Shown here: positions 1 to 7,638 of the stretch, one piece after another
Layout: every line of letters begins with the position of its first letter
Position numbering within the stretch: the first letter of the stretch is position 1
Origin: Clostridia bacterium
GTDB lineage: Bacteria > Bacillota > Clostridia > Oscillospirales > CAG-272
Direction: 5' to 3'
Assembly: GCA_017532025.1 (NCBI GenBank)
Contig: JAFXJX010000092.1
Span: 22,642 to 86,641, forward strand
Length of the DNA stretch: 64,000 bases
The notes under the pieces: generated by a model
The model's input: the letters and a program-made list of their open reading frames with translations, nothing else
What the model was told of the DNA's origin: nothing
The model's database searches: none
Position numbers and translations under genes: made by a program

Positions 1-1932
1 AAGCGAATCGGTCACACAGCTCATGGTGCAGCCGGGAGAAGCTTCGGTCTGACCGTAAACCGATACGATTTCTTTCATATTCATCTTGTCAGCCGCTTCG
101 CGCATCAAATCAGCAGGACAGTTTGCGCCCGCCATAATACCGGTGCGGATATACGAGAAATCAGTTTTGGCAAAATCATCGTGACGAAGCATGGCAATGA
201 ACATGGTCGGCACGCCGTTGAAGCAGGTGATATGCTCACGGTTGATGCATTCGAGCGCAGGCTTCGGAGAGAAATACGGCAGCGGATAGAGCGTTGCACC
301 GTGTGTCATCGAAGAAGTCATCGAAAGCACCATGCCAAAGCAATGGAACATCGGCACCTGGATCATCATGCGGTCAGCCGTGGAAAGATCCATTTTATCG
401 CCAATGCACTTACCGTTATTGATGACGTTATAGTGGGTCAGCATAACGCCCTTCGGGAAGCCGGTTGTACCCGATGTGTACTGCATATTGCAAACATCGT
501 CAGGCTTAACAAGCGAAGCCAGGCGTTTCACCTCGTCCATCGGCACGTTCTTGCCGAGCGCAAGAGCTTCCTTCCATGTCAAGCAACCGTTTTGCTTGGA
601 ATCAATGGTAATCACATTACGAAGGAAGGGCAAACGCTTGCAGTGAAGCGGCTCGCCGGGAACGGTATTTTCAAGCTCAGGACAGAGCTCTTTGATGATG
701 CCGATATAGTCGGAATCGCGCCAACCATCAACCAACACAAGGGTATGCGTATCCGACTGACGGAGCAGATATTCCGCTTCGTGACTCTTATACGCGGTAT
801 TCATGGTCACAAGCGCCGCACCAATCTTGGCAACTGCCCAAAAAGCAATATACCACTGCGGCACGTTGGTTGCCCACACGGTCACATGAGAGCCGGGCTT
901 CACACCAAGCGCAATCAAGGCACGGGCAAATTCGTCCACATCGTTACGGAATTCGGTATAAGTTCTGGTATAGTCCAGTGTGGTATAGCGGAACGCAAGC
1001 TGATCGGGAAAAACATCCACAACGCGATCAAGAAGCGAACCGAAAGTTTCGTGCACCAAGCTGTACTTCGGCCAAATGAAGCGGCCTGTACCCGCGCGAT
1101 TCTGATAAAGCGCCACTTCACGGTGCTGTTTGATTTCAAAACGCTCCATGTAGGTCACAAAGTGCGGGAACACAATGGTGGGATCAGCAAGCTCTGCCGC
1201 CCACTGCGGATTCCATTCAAAAGAAAGATATCCATCGTAGGTTACCGAGCGAAGCGCGTTGACAAAGCGTTCAACCGGAAGATCACCCTCGCCCATCAGG
1301 CAGTAGGTTACCGAGTCTCCGCTTCCCTTCAAGTCCTTGATATGCACGTGCTTGATGTACGCGCCGAGGTTTTCCACCGTCTTCTCCGGCTCTTCGTGGA
1401 AGAGTCGGTAAGGATGGGAAATATCCCAAAGTGCCGCAAGCTCATCGCAAGCGAATACGCCGAGAACACTTGCAAGGCGGGCGGTATCAGCATAAATGCC
1501 GGAGCTTTCCACCAAAAGCACAATCTTTTTCTCTTTGGCAAGCGGGATCGCCTTTTCCAAAAAGGCAACAACAGCGGCATCGGCTTCTTCTTTGGTCTGC
1601 CATTCAATTTCCTTGGCATACAAACGCACATACGGCGCGTGAGCGGCTTTGGCAGCAGAAAGATAGCGAGTGAGTGTTTCTAAATTTTCCCCAATCTTTT
1701 CGCTGTCTGCCATATTGAAAACCGTGTCCAGACAAGGAATCGAAAGCCCCATATTGGCAAGCTTTCGAGAAGCGGCAGGAGTGTTTTCCGAAAAGATCGC
1801 ACCGCTTGCTGTAAAAGCAGGTTTATCTATATCATGAATCTCAATACCGGAAAACTGCATCTCCTTAGCAAAAGAACAGTATTCAGCCCAGGAGTACCCT
1901 TTCCAGTAATCGGTAGAAAATGCAAGTTTCAT
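1..1932 (-). CDS. Fusion protein: N-terminal xylose-isomerase-like TIM-barrel (sugar phosphate isomerase/epimerase-type) domain + AMP-dependent synthetase/ligase (acyl-CoA-synthetase-like) domain; C-terminus runs off the window
   Basis: Minus-strand frame is open from ATG (CAT at 1930-1932) to position 1, which is 644 codons. It is missing from the ORF track only because it has no in-window stop. Hand translation starts MKLAFSTDYWKGYSWAEYCSFAKEMQFSGIEIHD and continues without a stop into an adenylating domain. That domain carries the AMP-binding signature MQYTSGTTGFPKGVMLTH. The 181-1683 plus ORF is its antisense shadow. Confidence 0.8.
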   Translation of the reverse strand, partial: MKLAFSTDYWKGYSWAEYCSFAKEMQFSGIEIHDIDKPAFTASGAIFSENTPAASRKLANMGLSIPCLDTVFNMADSEKIGENLETLTRYLSAAKAAHAPYVRLYAKEIEWQTKEEADAAVVAFLEKAIPLAKEKKIVLLVESSGIYADTARLASVLGVFACDELAALWDISHPYRLFHEEPEKTVENLGAYIKHVHIKDLKGSGDSVTYCLMGEGDLPVERFVNALRSVTYDGYLSFEWNPQWAAELADPTIVFPHFVTYMERFEIKQHREVALYQNRAGTGRFIWPKYSLVHETFGSLLDRVVDVFPDQLAFRYTTLDYTRTYTEFRNDVDEFARALIALGVKPGSHVTVWATNVPQWYIAFWAVAKIGAALVTMNTAYKSHEAEYLLRQSDTHTLVLVDGWRDSDYIGIIKELCPELENTVPGEPLHCKRLPFLRNVITIDSKQNGCLTWKEALALGKNVPMDEVKRLASLVKPDDVCNMQYTSGTTGFPKGVMLTHYNVINNGKCIGDKMDLSTADRMMIQVPMFHCFGMVLSMTSSMTHGATLYPLPYFSPKPALECINREHITCFNGVPTMFIAMLRHDDFAKTDFSYIRTGIMAGANCPADLMREAADKMNMKEIVSVYGQTEASPGCTMSCVTDSL

Positions 1933-1952
1933 AGCATTTGTCTTCTTTCTTA

Positions 1953-3344
1953 TTATTGCTCTTCAAATACAATTTTGTTCAGTGCGTTAACATAGGCGCG
2001 GAGCGAAGCACCAATGATGTCAGTCGAAACACCGCTGCCCGAATATACCTTACCCTGACTGCGCAGACGCACAAGCGCTTCACCCATGGCTTCCTGACCG
2101 CGAGTTACCGAGCTGATGCGGAAATCGTCGAGCTCGTAGGTCGAGCCGATCACTTTTTCCACCGCGAGGAATGCCGCGTCAATCGGACCGTTACCAATCG
2201 AAACGCCATGGCGAATCTCGCCGTCTTTTTCAATCTCCACCTGTGCCATCGGCGAAATGCGGTCGCCGCTGTTCACAATATACGAACGCAGAATATAGGT
2301 GGGAGGAACTTCGTCTGCCACATTGGCAACAATGATTTCAAGCTCCTTACCACTGACAGATTTTCTTTCGGCAAGCTTTTCAAACGCTTTATGCACCTTG
2401 GCAAGGTCATCGCTCGAGATCTCATAGCCCATGTGCGCCACAACGTCAGCAATCTGACCGATGGTTGTGCCCTTGGCAAGCAAAATCTCATCCGAATCCT
2501 CAACGCTTTCCACCGCGGTGGCAACGCCTTCGCGCTTTTCACCGTACAGCCAAGGCATTGAAGATGCCACGCGTGTCATCGCCGTGGGGTCAACCGAGGT
2601 GGCAAGTGCCCAATCGTTACCGCGCAGAGCAACCGTGCGAACAAATGCGCTGAGCGCCACAGCTTCATCGCCCACAAGAGAGGTCTTCACCGCCACAGCT
2701 TCGCCCATCACTGCGGCAACACTGTTGGCGCAAGCCATGGAAAGCGAATCGTTGCAACGCACGCCAATCGCCACGTGAGCAAACGCCTCGGAGGAATCAC
2801 GGAAATTTTTGAGGAAAGCTACGAGCTCGGTGGGCGTCGCAACGCCTTCACTATCGCACAAGGTGATGTATTTTGCACCCGATGCAAGGGCAAATTCACA
2901 CGCCCTTGTGAGGAATGCAGGCTCGCTTCTCACCGCATCAGCAGCAGAAAATTCAACCTCTTCGGTCAGTGCGGCGCAAGCCGAAACGCGCGCTTTGATC
3001 ATCTCAAGCACCTTGTCAGGCTTAGCATGACAGAAATACTCCATCTGCACCACCGATGTGGGAATTTCCACAACGAGTCTCTTGTTGGTCAAAGGAGACA
3101 GCGCCTCCCAAGCGGCATTTGCGGCATTATCTTCGTCCGAAACAAGCGCCGAAACCGTGGTGTTGCCCAAAAAAGGAAGCACGGTTTTGATAAAAAGCTT
3201 ATCTTCGCTCGTATTGCGAAGAGCGCCCGCCTCAATCACATCCACACCGAGGGCTGAAAGCTGTCTTGCCAAAATCAGGCGTTCTTTGAAGGAAAGCCCG
3301 CTGACACGGGAAAATGTGGTGTCAATCACTTGAATCTGTTTCAT
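1953..3344 (-). CDS. 2-isopropylmalate synthase/homocitrate synthase-like protein (DRE-TIM fold + C-terminal LeuA-dimer regulatory domain) with degenerate catalytic motifs
   Basis: 463-aa ORF with ATG and an AAGGAG RBS. The N-terminus VIDTTFSRVSG...LGVDVIEAG aligns to the LeuA motif DTTLRDGEQ...GVD.IE.G. The C-terminus (NGPIDAAFLAVEKV...VSTDIIGASLRAYVNALNKI) resembles the LeuA allosteric domain. The RDGEQ and HxH motifs are replaced (see findings). Confidence 0.75.
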   Translation of the reverse strand: MKQIQVIDTTFSRVSGLSFKERLILARQLSALGVDVIEAGALRNTSEDKLFIKTVLPFLGNTTVSALVSDEDNAANAAWEALSPLTNKRLVVEIPTSVVQMEYFCHAKPDKVLEMIKARVSACAALTEEVEFSAADAVRSEPAFLTRACEFALASGAKYITLCDSEGVATPTELVAFLKNFRDSSEAFAHVAIGVRCNDSLSMACANSVAAVMGEAVAVKTSLVGDEAVALSAFVRTVALRGNDWALATSVDPTAMTRVASSMPWLYGEKREGVATAVESVEDSDEILLAKGTTIGQIADVVAHMGYEISSDDLAKVHKAFEKLAERKSVSGKELEIIVANVADEVPPTYILRSYIVNSGDRISPMAQVEIEKDGEIRHGVSIGNGPIDAAFLAVEKVIGSTYELDDFRISSVTRGQEAMGEALVRLRSQGKVYSGSGVSTDIIGASLRAYVNALNKIVFEEQ

Positions 3345-3365
3345 ACATCAATACTCCTTGATTCA

Positions 3366-3626
3366 CAAAATAAAAGCCCCCGAAGCTTACGCTTCGGGGA
3401 CGAAAAAATCGTCGGTACCACCCGAATTGCAGAAAAACTGCCACTCACAAGGCTCTGAATAAAGCCCTTTGCCATGGTAACGGGGCAAACCGAAGTTCTT
3501 TACTACATCCTTCAAGAACCCTGCTCCGGAGCGAGATTGCAACAAGGCTTCCCCACCGACTCGCAGCAACCGTCGGCTCTCTGAAGAGGTTTTGACCCCA
3601 TGCATAACTCCATCTTTGCATTTACG
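3366..3626 (-). promoter_or_regulatory. T-box riboswitch leader with intrinsic terminator, upstream of the LeuA-like gene
   Basis: The minus strand reads in the canonical order. Elements are the AGAGAG (GA/K-turn) motif in stem I, the AGTA box (GTAGTAA), the F-box CCGTTA, and the T-box core AATTCGGGTGGTACCGACG (plus coordinates 3410-3428). The terminator is CCCCGAAGC-GTAA-GCTTCGGGG followed by CTTTTATTTT (3366-3400). Confidence 0.85.
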
Positions 3627-3632
3627 AGAAAC

Positions 3633-3661
3633 ATCTTACCACAACAAATCCGATTTGTCAA
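3633..3661 (-). promoter_or_regulatory. Sigma-A type promoter for the T-box leader (TTGACA-17 nt-TAAGAT)
   Basis: The minus strand has TTGACA at 3656-3661, a 17-nt spacer, and TAAGAT at 3633-3638. Confidence 0.55.
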
Positions 3662-3699
3662 GAGTTTTTTGTCATTTTTTTAATCCATGCGGGCAAATC

Positions 3700-3728
3700 T
3701 TGACTTTTTTCTTTTGTCTGTATATAAT
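3700..3728 (+). promoter_or_regulatory. Sigma-A type promoter (TTGACT-17 nt-TATAAT) for the metallophosphoesterase gene
   Basis: TTGACT lies at 3700-3705 and TATAAT at 3723-3728 with 17-nt spacing, about 30 nt upstream of the ATG at 3757. Confidence 0.6.
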
Positions 3729-3756
3729 AAAAAGGAAGAAAGCCAAGGAGTTTTGT

Positions 3757-4470
3757 ATGAAGATTACCCGATACGAGCTGAAAACCAACAACAAAAAAAC
3801 ATATAAAATCGTCATTCTTGCCGATCTACACTCAACTGTGCCTGAAGGTCTGCTTGAAACCGTCAAGAAAGAAGCCCCCGATCTTATTGCCATTCCCGGA
3901 GACTGCATCGACTATACCGTTTCGCACGCGCTGAATATGCTCCCCTTTCTTCATTCGCTTGCCGAAATTGCTCCCACCTATTACAGCGACGGCAACCACG
4001 AACTTTTCAAAGAAGAAGACGTTAGAGCCGTGGAAGAAACAGGCGTTCGTTTCTTGTTTGATCAAACAGTCACGCACGGCGAACTTGTGATCGGCGGCCT
4101 TGCCTCCGGATTTGGGTTCGGAGAACAAGGCAGATGGAAAACAACACCCGCCCCAAATACCGATTACCTAAACGAGTTTTCACGTGAACCAGGCTTCAAA
4201 ATTCTGCTCTCTCACCATCCCGAATATTATAAACCCTATCTCAAAGCGCTTCCGATCGATCTTATCATCTCAGGTCACGCGCATGGCGGACAGTGGCGTG
4301 TGTTCGGTAGAGGTGTCTTTGCCCCCGGTCAGGGAATCTTTCCCAAATACACATCGGGTGTTCATGAAAACCGCTTTGTCATCAGCCGCGGTCTTGGCAA
4401 CCACACCGTCATCCCCCGCATCTTCAATAGACCCGAAATCGTGGTGCTTACCTTAACGGGAAATCAATAA
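3757..4470 (+). CDS. Metallophosphoesterase (calcineurin-like phosphoesterase family)
   Basis: ATG at 3757 is preceded by AAGGAG. Motifs appear in family order: LADLHS, GDCIDY, GNHE, SHHP, GHAHGGQ. The longer 3592 start in the ORF track has no RBS and overlaps the promoter region. Confidence 0.85.
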   Translation: MKITRYELKTNNKKTYKIVILADLHSTVPEGLLETVKKEAPDLIAIPGDCIDYTVSHALNMLPFLHSLAEIAPTYYSDGNHELFKEEDVRAVEETGVRFLFDQTVTHGELVIGGLASGFGFGEQGRWKTTPAPNTDYLNEFSREPGFKILLSHHPEYYKPYLKALPIDLIISGHAHGGQWRVFGRGVFAPGQGIFPKYTSGVHENRFVISRGLGNHTVIPRIFNRPEIVVLTLTGNQ

Positions 4471-4483
4471 TTCTGTAGTACAA

Positions 4484-4706
4484 TGTTTCATCTAAAACTT
4501 TACATTTGGCAATACCGCGAGATCCGACCCGTCCTGTTTGCAGGCCGAGTCGCCCTGCGCTACGCTTGGGTTTCGACTGCACACCGCCCCGTGTCATCCT
4601 GAGCGACGCGAAGCAAAGTCGAGGCGCAGCCGAAGTGGGATCTCGGGCGGTGTTCCGCTCAAGATGACACGCGGAGTGAAGTGCATGTAAAGTTTTCGTT
4701 GAAACA
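4484..4706. mobile_element. MITE-like non-coding element: 223 bp bounded by 22-bp imperfect terminal inverted repeats, with a GC-rich structured interior
   Basis: TGTTTCAtctAAAACTTTACAT (4484-4505) is the inverted complement of ATGTAAAGTTTTcgtTGAAACA (4685-4706), matching 19 of 22. The interior holds a second inverted pair, GTGTCATCCTGAGCG (4591-4605) with CGCTCAAGATGACAC (4656-4670). A crossing pair also exists, CCGCGAGATCC (4515-4525) with GGGATCTCGGGCGG (4637-4650). There is no ORF. Confidence 0.45.
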
Positions 4707-4740
4707 AGTTACCTTTTTCATCTATCATCTAACCAAAGCA

Positions 4741-4767
4741 CCCCGACAGTTTTTGATTCTGTCGGGG
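4741..4767. terminator. Hairpin between convergent genes (metallophosphoesterase / AraC regulator)
   Basis: CCCCGACAG-9 nt loop-CTGTCGGGG forms a perfect 9-bp stem 12 nt below the AraC stop. The flanking T-runs are weak. Confidence 0.5.
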
Positions 4768-4778
4768 TGATATCATTT

Positions 4779-5573
4779 TTATAGCGTATGCAAATACAAA
4801 CCGCCCTGCTCGCCCTCGGCGCGTTTTTCGGTGGGAGACATCCCGTAACGCTTGCGAAAATCGCGGTAAAAGGTGGAAAAATCGTTATACCCCACCTCGC
4901 GCGAAATCTCCGCCACCGATTTTTCGGTGGTAAGCAAGAGATGCTCGGCAAGCGTCAGGCGTTCTTTTAACAAATACTGATAGGGCGTGATTCCAAACTC
5001 TTTCTTGAACAGACGTATGGTATAATCCTCCGAATAGCCGTAACGCTCTGCGATTTGGGCAAGCGAAAGCTGACTGCGGCACTCAGTGGAAATCATGCGC
5101 TGAATATCCTTGGCAATCATCGTGCGCGTGTTTTCGGGCACAACTTGATGCTCAATTTCGGCAAGAAGCTCATACATCAAGCCATTCAAAGCAAAAAAGC
5201 CACTCTCATGGGCGAGATAGCGTCGATCGTATTCTTCCATCAACGCGCGAATGGCGCTTTTGTTGAACCTGCCGCGAATCGGAATGCCGTCCGCTTCGTT
5301 TTCTGAATAGGTTGCGTGAAAATGCAAATAGAGATACGAAGGACGCTCACTTACCGCCTTTCCGCTTTGGAAAAGCCCTGCACGCTGAATGTAATATTCC
5401 CCCTCAGAAAGCTCCACAAGCACGCCGTCTTCCTCAAAACGCAGCACGCCTTCCATCATAAAGATCAAAACGCTCTCGTCGAACACGCGACTCACGTGAT
5501 GCTCACGCCGTTCAAAGCGTTTAAAGCCGCTGTATATAAATTCGGGAAGCGGTTTTCGGCAAAGATACCACAT
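4779..5573 (-). CDS. AraC family transcriptional regulator (cupin-type N-domain + C-terminal HTH)
   Basis: The C-terminal region (LSLAQIAERYGYSEDYTIRLFKKEFGITPYQYLLKERLTLAEHLL...VGYNDFSTFYRDFRKRYGMSP) is a typical AraC HTH pair. The ATG at 5573 has a GGAG 8 nt upstream. The gene is divergent from a glycoside-hydrolase-like gene. Confidence 0.85.
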   Translation of the reverse strand: MWYLCRKPLPEFIYSGFKRFERREHHVSRVFDESVLIFMMEGVLRFEEDGVLVELSEGEYYIQRAGLFQSGKAVSERPSYLYLHFHATYSENEADGIPIRGRFNKSAIRALMEEYDRRYLAHESGFFALNGLMYELLAEIEHQVVPENTRTMIAKDIQRMISTECRSQLSLAQIAERYGYSEDYTIRLFKKEFGITPYQYLLKERLTLAEHLLLTTEKSVAEISREVGYNDFSTFYRDFRKRYGMSPTEKRAEGEQGGLYLHTL

Positions 5574-5709
5574 ATCAGTTCTCCGTTGTTCACTATATCG
5601 ATTTTTGCAATTAAGTCTTCGGTTATTGTACTTGTACATTGCACGTATTTGTGTTATTATAACAAAAAAGAGAGTCTTTTGTCAACATAATTTGGAAAGG
5701 ATTTTGAAC

Positions 5710-7545
5710 ATGCTACGAAATTTGCAATATACGCCCTTTTCTGCAAATGCCATCAAGCCTGAAGGATGGTTGAAAAAGCAGCTCACAATCCAAGCAAACG
5801 GTCTTGCGGGCAATCTTGACAAAATTTGGCCCGATATTAAGGACAGTATGTGGATCGGCGGTAGCCGCCATGACTGGGAAAGAGTGCCCTATTGGCTCGA
5901 CGGCTTCATTCCGCTTGCCTATCTTTTGGATGATGAAGACATGAAACAGCGAGCCAAAACCTATGTTGACGGCATTGTTGACCGCCAGAGGGAAGACGGT
6001 TGGCTCTGCCCTTGCCGTTCCGAGCAGAGACGGCATTACGACACTTGGGCAGCCCTTCTCCTTTGCAAGGTGCTTGCACTATACTGTGACGTAACAGGCG
6101 ACAGCCGCGTCGAAGACGCGCTTTACAAAGGTCTTAAGCAATTCTCTGACCACATCAATGGTGCCACCCTTCACGACTGGGGTGCAACCCGTTGGTTTGA
6201 AGGCTTGATTCCGATCTTTTGGCTGTATGAAAAACGCCCTGAATCCTGGCTGCTCCTGCTTGCCAAAAAGCTGAATATACAAGGCTTTGACTGGGAAAGG
6301 GTCTTTGCCACCGATATGCTCGATGAGCTTACCGACGGCTGGGATTATATCTCCCACGTTGTCAATCTCGGCATGATGTTAAAATCCCGTGCCTTAATGT
6401 CGCGCATCACGGGCGAAGACCCCGAAGCGTTTGCCCAAAAAGCCTACGCTTGGCTGTATGAAAATCACGGCATGGCGTGCGGGCACTTCACAGGAGATGA
6501 GAATCTCTCCACCACAAGCCCGATTCAAGGCAGCGAGCTTTGCAGTGTCAACGAGGCTATGTTTTCGTTTGAAAATCTCTTTCAGATTTCGGGCAATCCG
6601 TATTGGCTCGATCTTGTCGAAAAAGAAGCCTTTAACGCTCTGCCCGCCACAGTCAGCCCGGATATGTGGACACATCAATACGTGCAAATGACCAATCAGG
6701 TCGAATGCTCGCGCACGCCGCACCGCGTCTTTCGCACCAACAACGAAGAAGCGCACATCTTCGGTCTTGAGCCACATTACGGTTGCTGTACCGCCAATAT
6801 GGGTCAAGGCTTCCCAAAATTCGCGCTTTCCTCGCTTTACAAAACAAAAACAGGCATTGCCTGCGGCATTCCCCTGCCCATGACGCTTGAAAGTGAAATC
6901 AACGGCACTCACCTTACCTGTCAGGTTATCACCGACTATCCCTTCCGAAGTGAGGTGCGCTTTGTCTTCCGTGCCGAAGCCCCTGTTTGCTTTGATTTCA
7001 CTTTACGCATTCCGTCGCACGCATCCTCTGCCAAAGTGAATGGAAAAGATGTTGCTTGCGGTATGTACACCTTGCCGCTTTCTGTAACAGACACAACCGA
7101 AATCACGCTCTCGCTTGATTTTACCACCCGTTTTGAAAGACGTCCGAGCGGTATGCTCGCTCTGTGGCACGGTCCGCTTCTCTATTCTCTCCCGATTGCC
7201 GAGCGCTGGGAAATGCGCGAATATGAGCGTGACGGCGTGGTGAGAAAATTCCCCTACTGCGACTATTACATCTATCCCGAATCAGACTTCAACTACGGTT
7301 TTGCTACGTCGGATATCGAAAAAATTACCGTTTGTGAAGAAGATTTCGATGCACCCTTCACTCCAAAACAGCCGCCGATCAGGTTGAAACTGCCCATGGC
7401 AAAGGTCGCTTGGGAAAAGCCGGACGGCAGATGCGCCCTTCACCCCGTTTCGAACAAAGCGATAAGCAATATTGAAACTGTCACCTTAATTCCCTACGGC
7501 TGCACCAACCTCCGCATGACCGAAATGCCGCTGATTGAAGAATAA
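5710..7545 (+). CDS. GH127/GH146-like glycoside hydrolase (beta-L-arabinofuranosidase/DUF1680-type)
   Basis: ATG at 5710 follows GAAAGGA. The architecture and motifs resemble HypBA1-type enzymes: GSELCSVNEAMFSFENL (compare GETCASVAM) and the Cys-rich HYGCCTANMGQGFPKF (compare WFGCACCPANI). The gene is paired with a divergent AraC regulator. Confidence 0.6.
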   Translation: MLRNLQYTPFSANAIKPEGWLKKQLTIQANGLAGNLDKIWPDIKDSMWIGGSRHDWERVPYWLDGFIPLAYLLDDEDMKQRAKTYVDGIVDRQREDGWLCPCRSEQRRHYDTWAALLLCKVLALYCDVTGDSRVEDALYKGLKQFSDHINGATLHDWGATRWFEGLIPIFWLYEKRPESWLLLLAKKLNIQGFDWERVFATDMLDELTDGWDYISHVVNLGMMLKSRALMSRITGEDPEAFAQKAYAWLYENHGMACGHFTGDENLSTTSPIQGSELCSVNEAMFSFENLFQISGNPYWLDLVEKEAFNALPATVSPDMWTHQYVQMTNQVECSRTPHRVFRTNNEEAHIFGLEPHYGCCTANMGQGFPKFALSSLYKTKTGIACGIPLPMTLESEINGTHLTCQVITDYPFRSEVRFVFRAEAPVCFDFTLRIPSHASSAKVNGKDVACGMYTLPLSVTDTTEITLSLDFTTRFERRPSGMLALWHGPLLYSLPIAERWEMREYERDGVVRKFPYCDYYIYPESDFNYGFATSDIEKITVCEEDFDAPFTPKQPPIRLKLPMAKVAWEKPDGRCALHPVSNKAISNIETVTLIPYGCTNLRMTEMPLIEE

Positions 7546-7589
7546 AACTCCCCCATTGGCGTACCTGCGATAGAGCAGGATTGAAAAAC

Positions 7590-7635
7590 AACAACCGCCG
7601 AGAGAGACCAATCACAGTCTCGCTCGGCGGTTGTT
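7590..7635. terminator. Bidirectional intrinsic terminator between convergent genes
   Basis: AACAACCGCCGAG (7590-7602) pairs with CTCGGCGGTTGTT (7623-7635) in a 13-bp stem. It is flanked by A-rich sequence on the left and T-rich sequence on the right. Confidence 0.7.
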
Positions 7636-7638
7636 AAA

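Noticed and set aside
181-1683. 500-aa plus-strand ORF
   Set aside because: It is antisense to the AMP-ligase fusion gene. The translation is His/Arg/Lys-rich nonsense with no recognisable motif, whereas the opposite strand encodes clear AMP-binding and TIM-barrel motifs. It is a shadow ORF.
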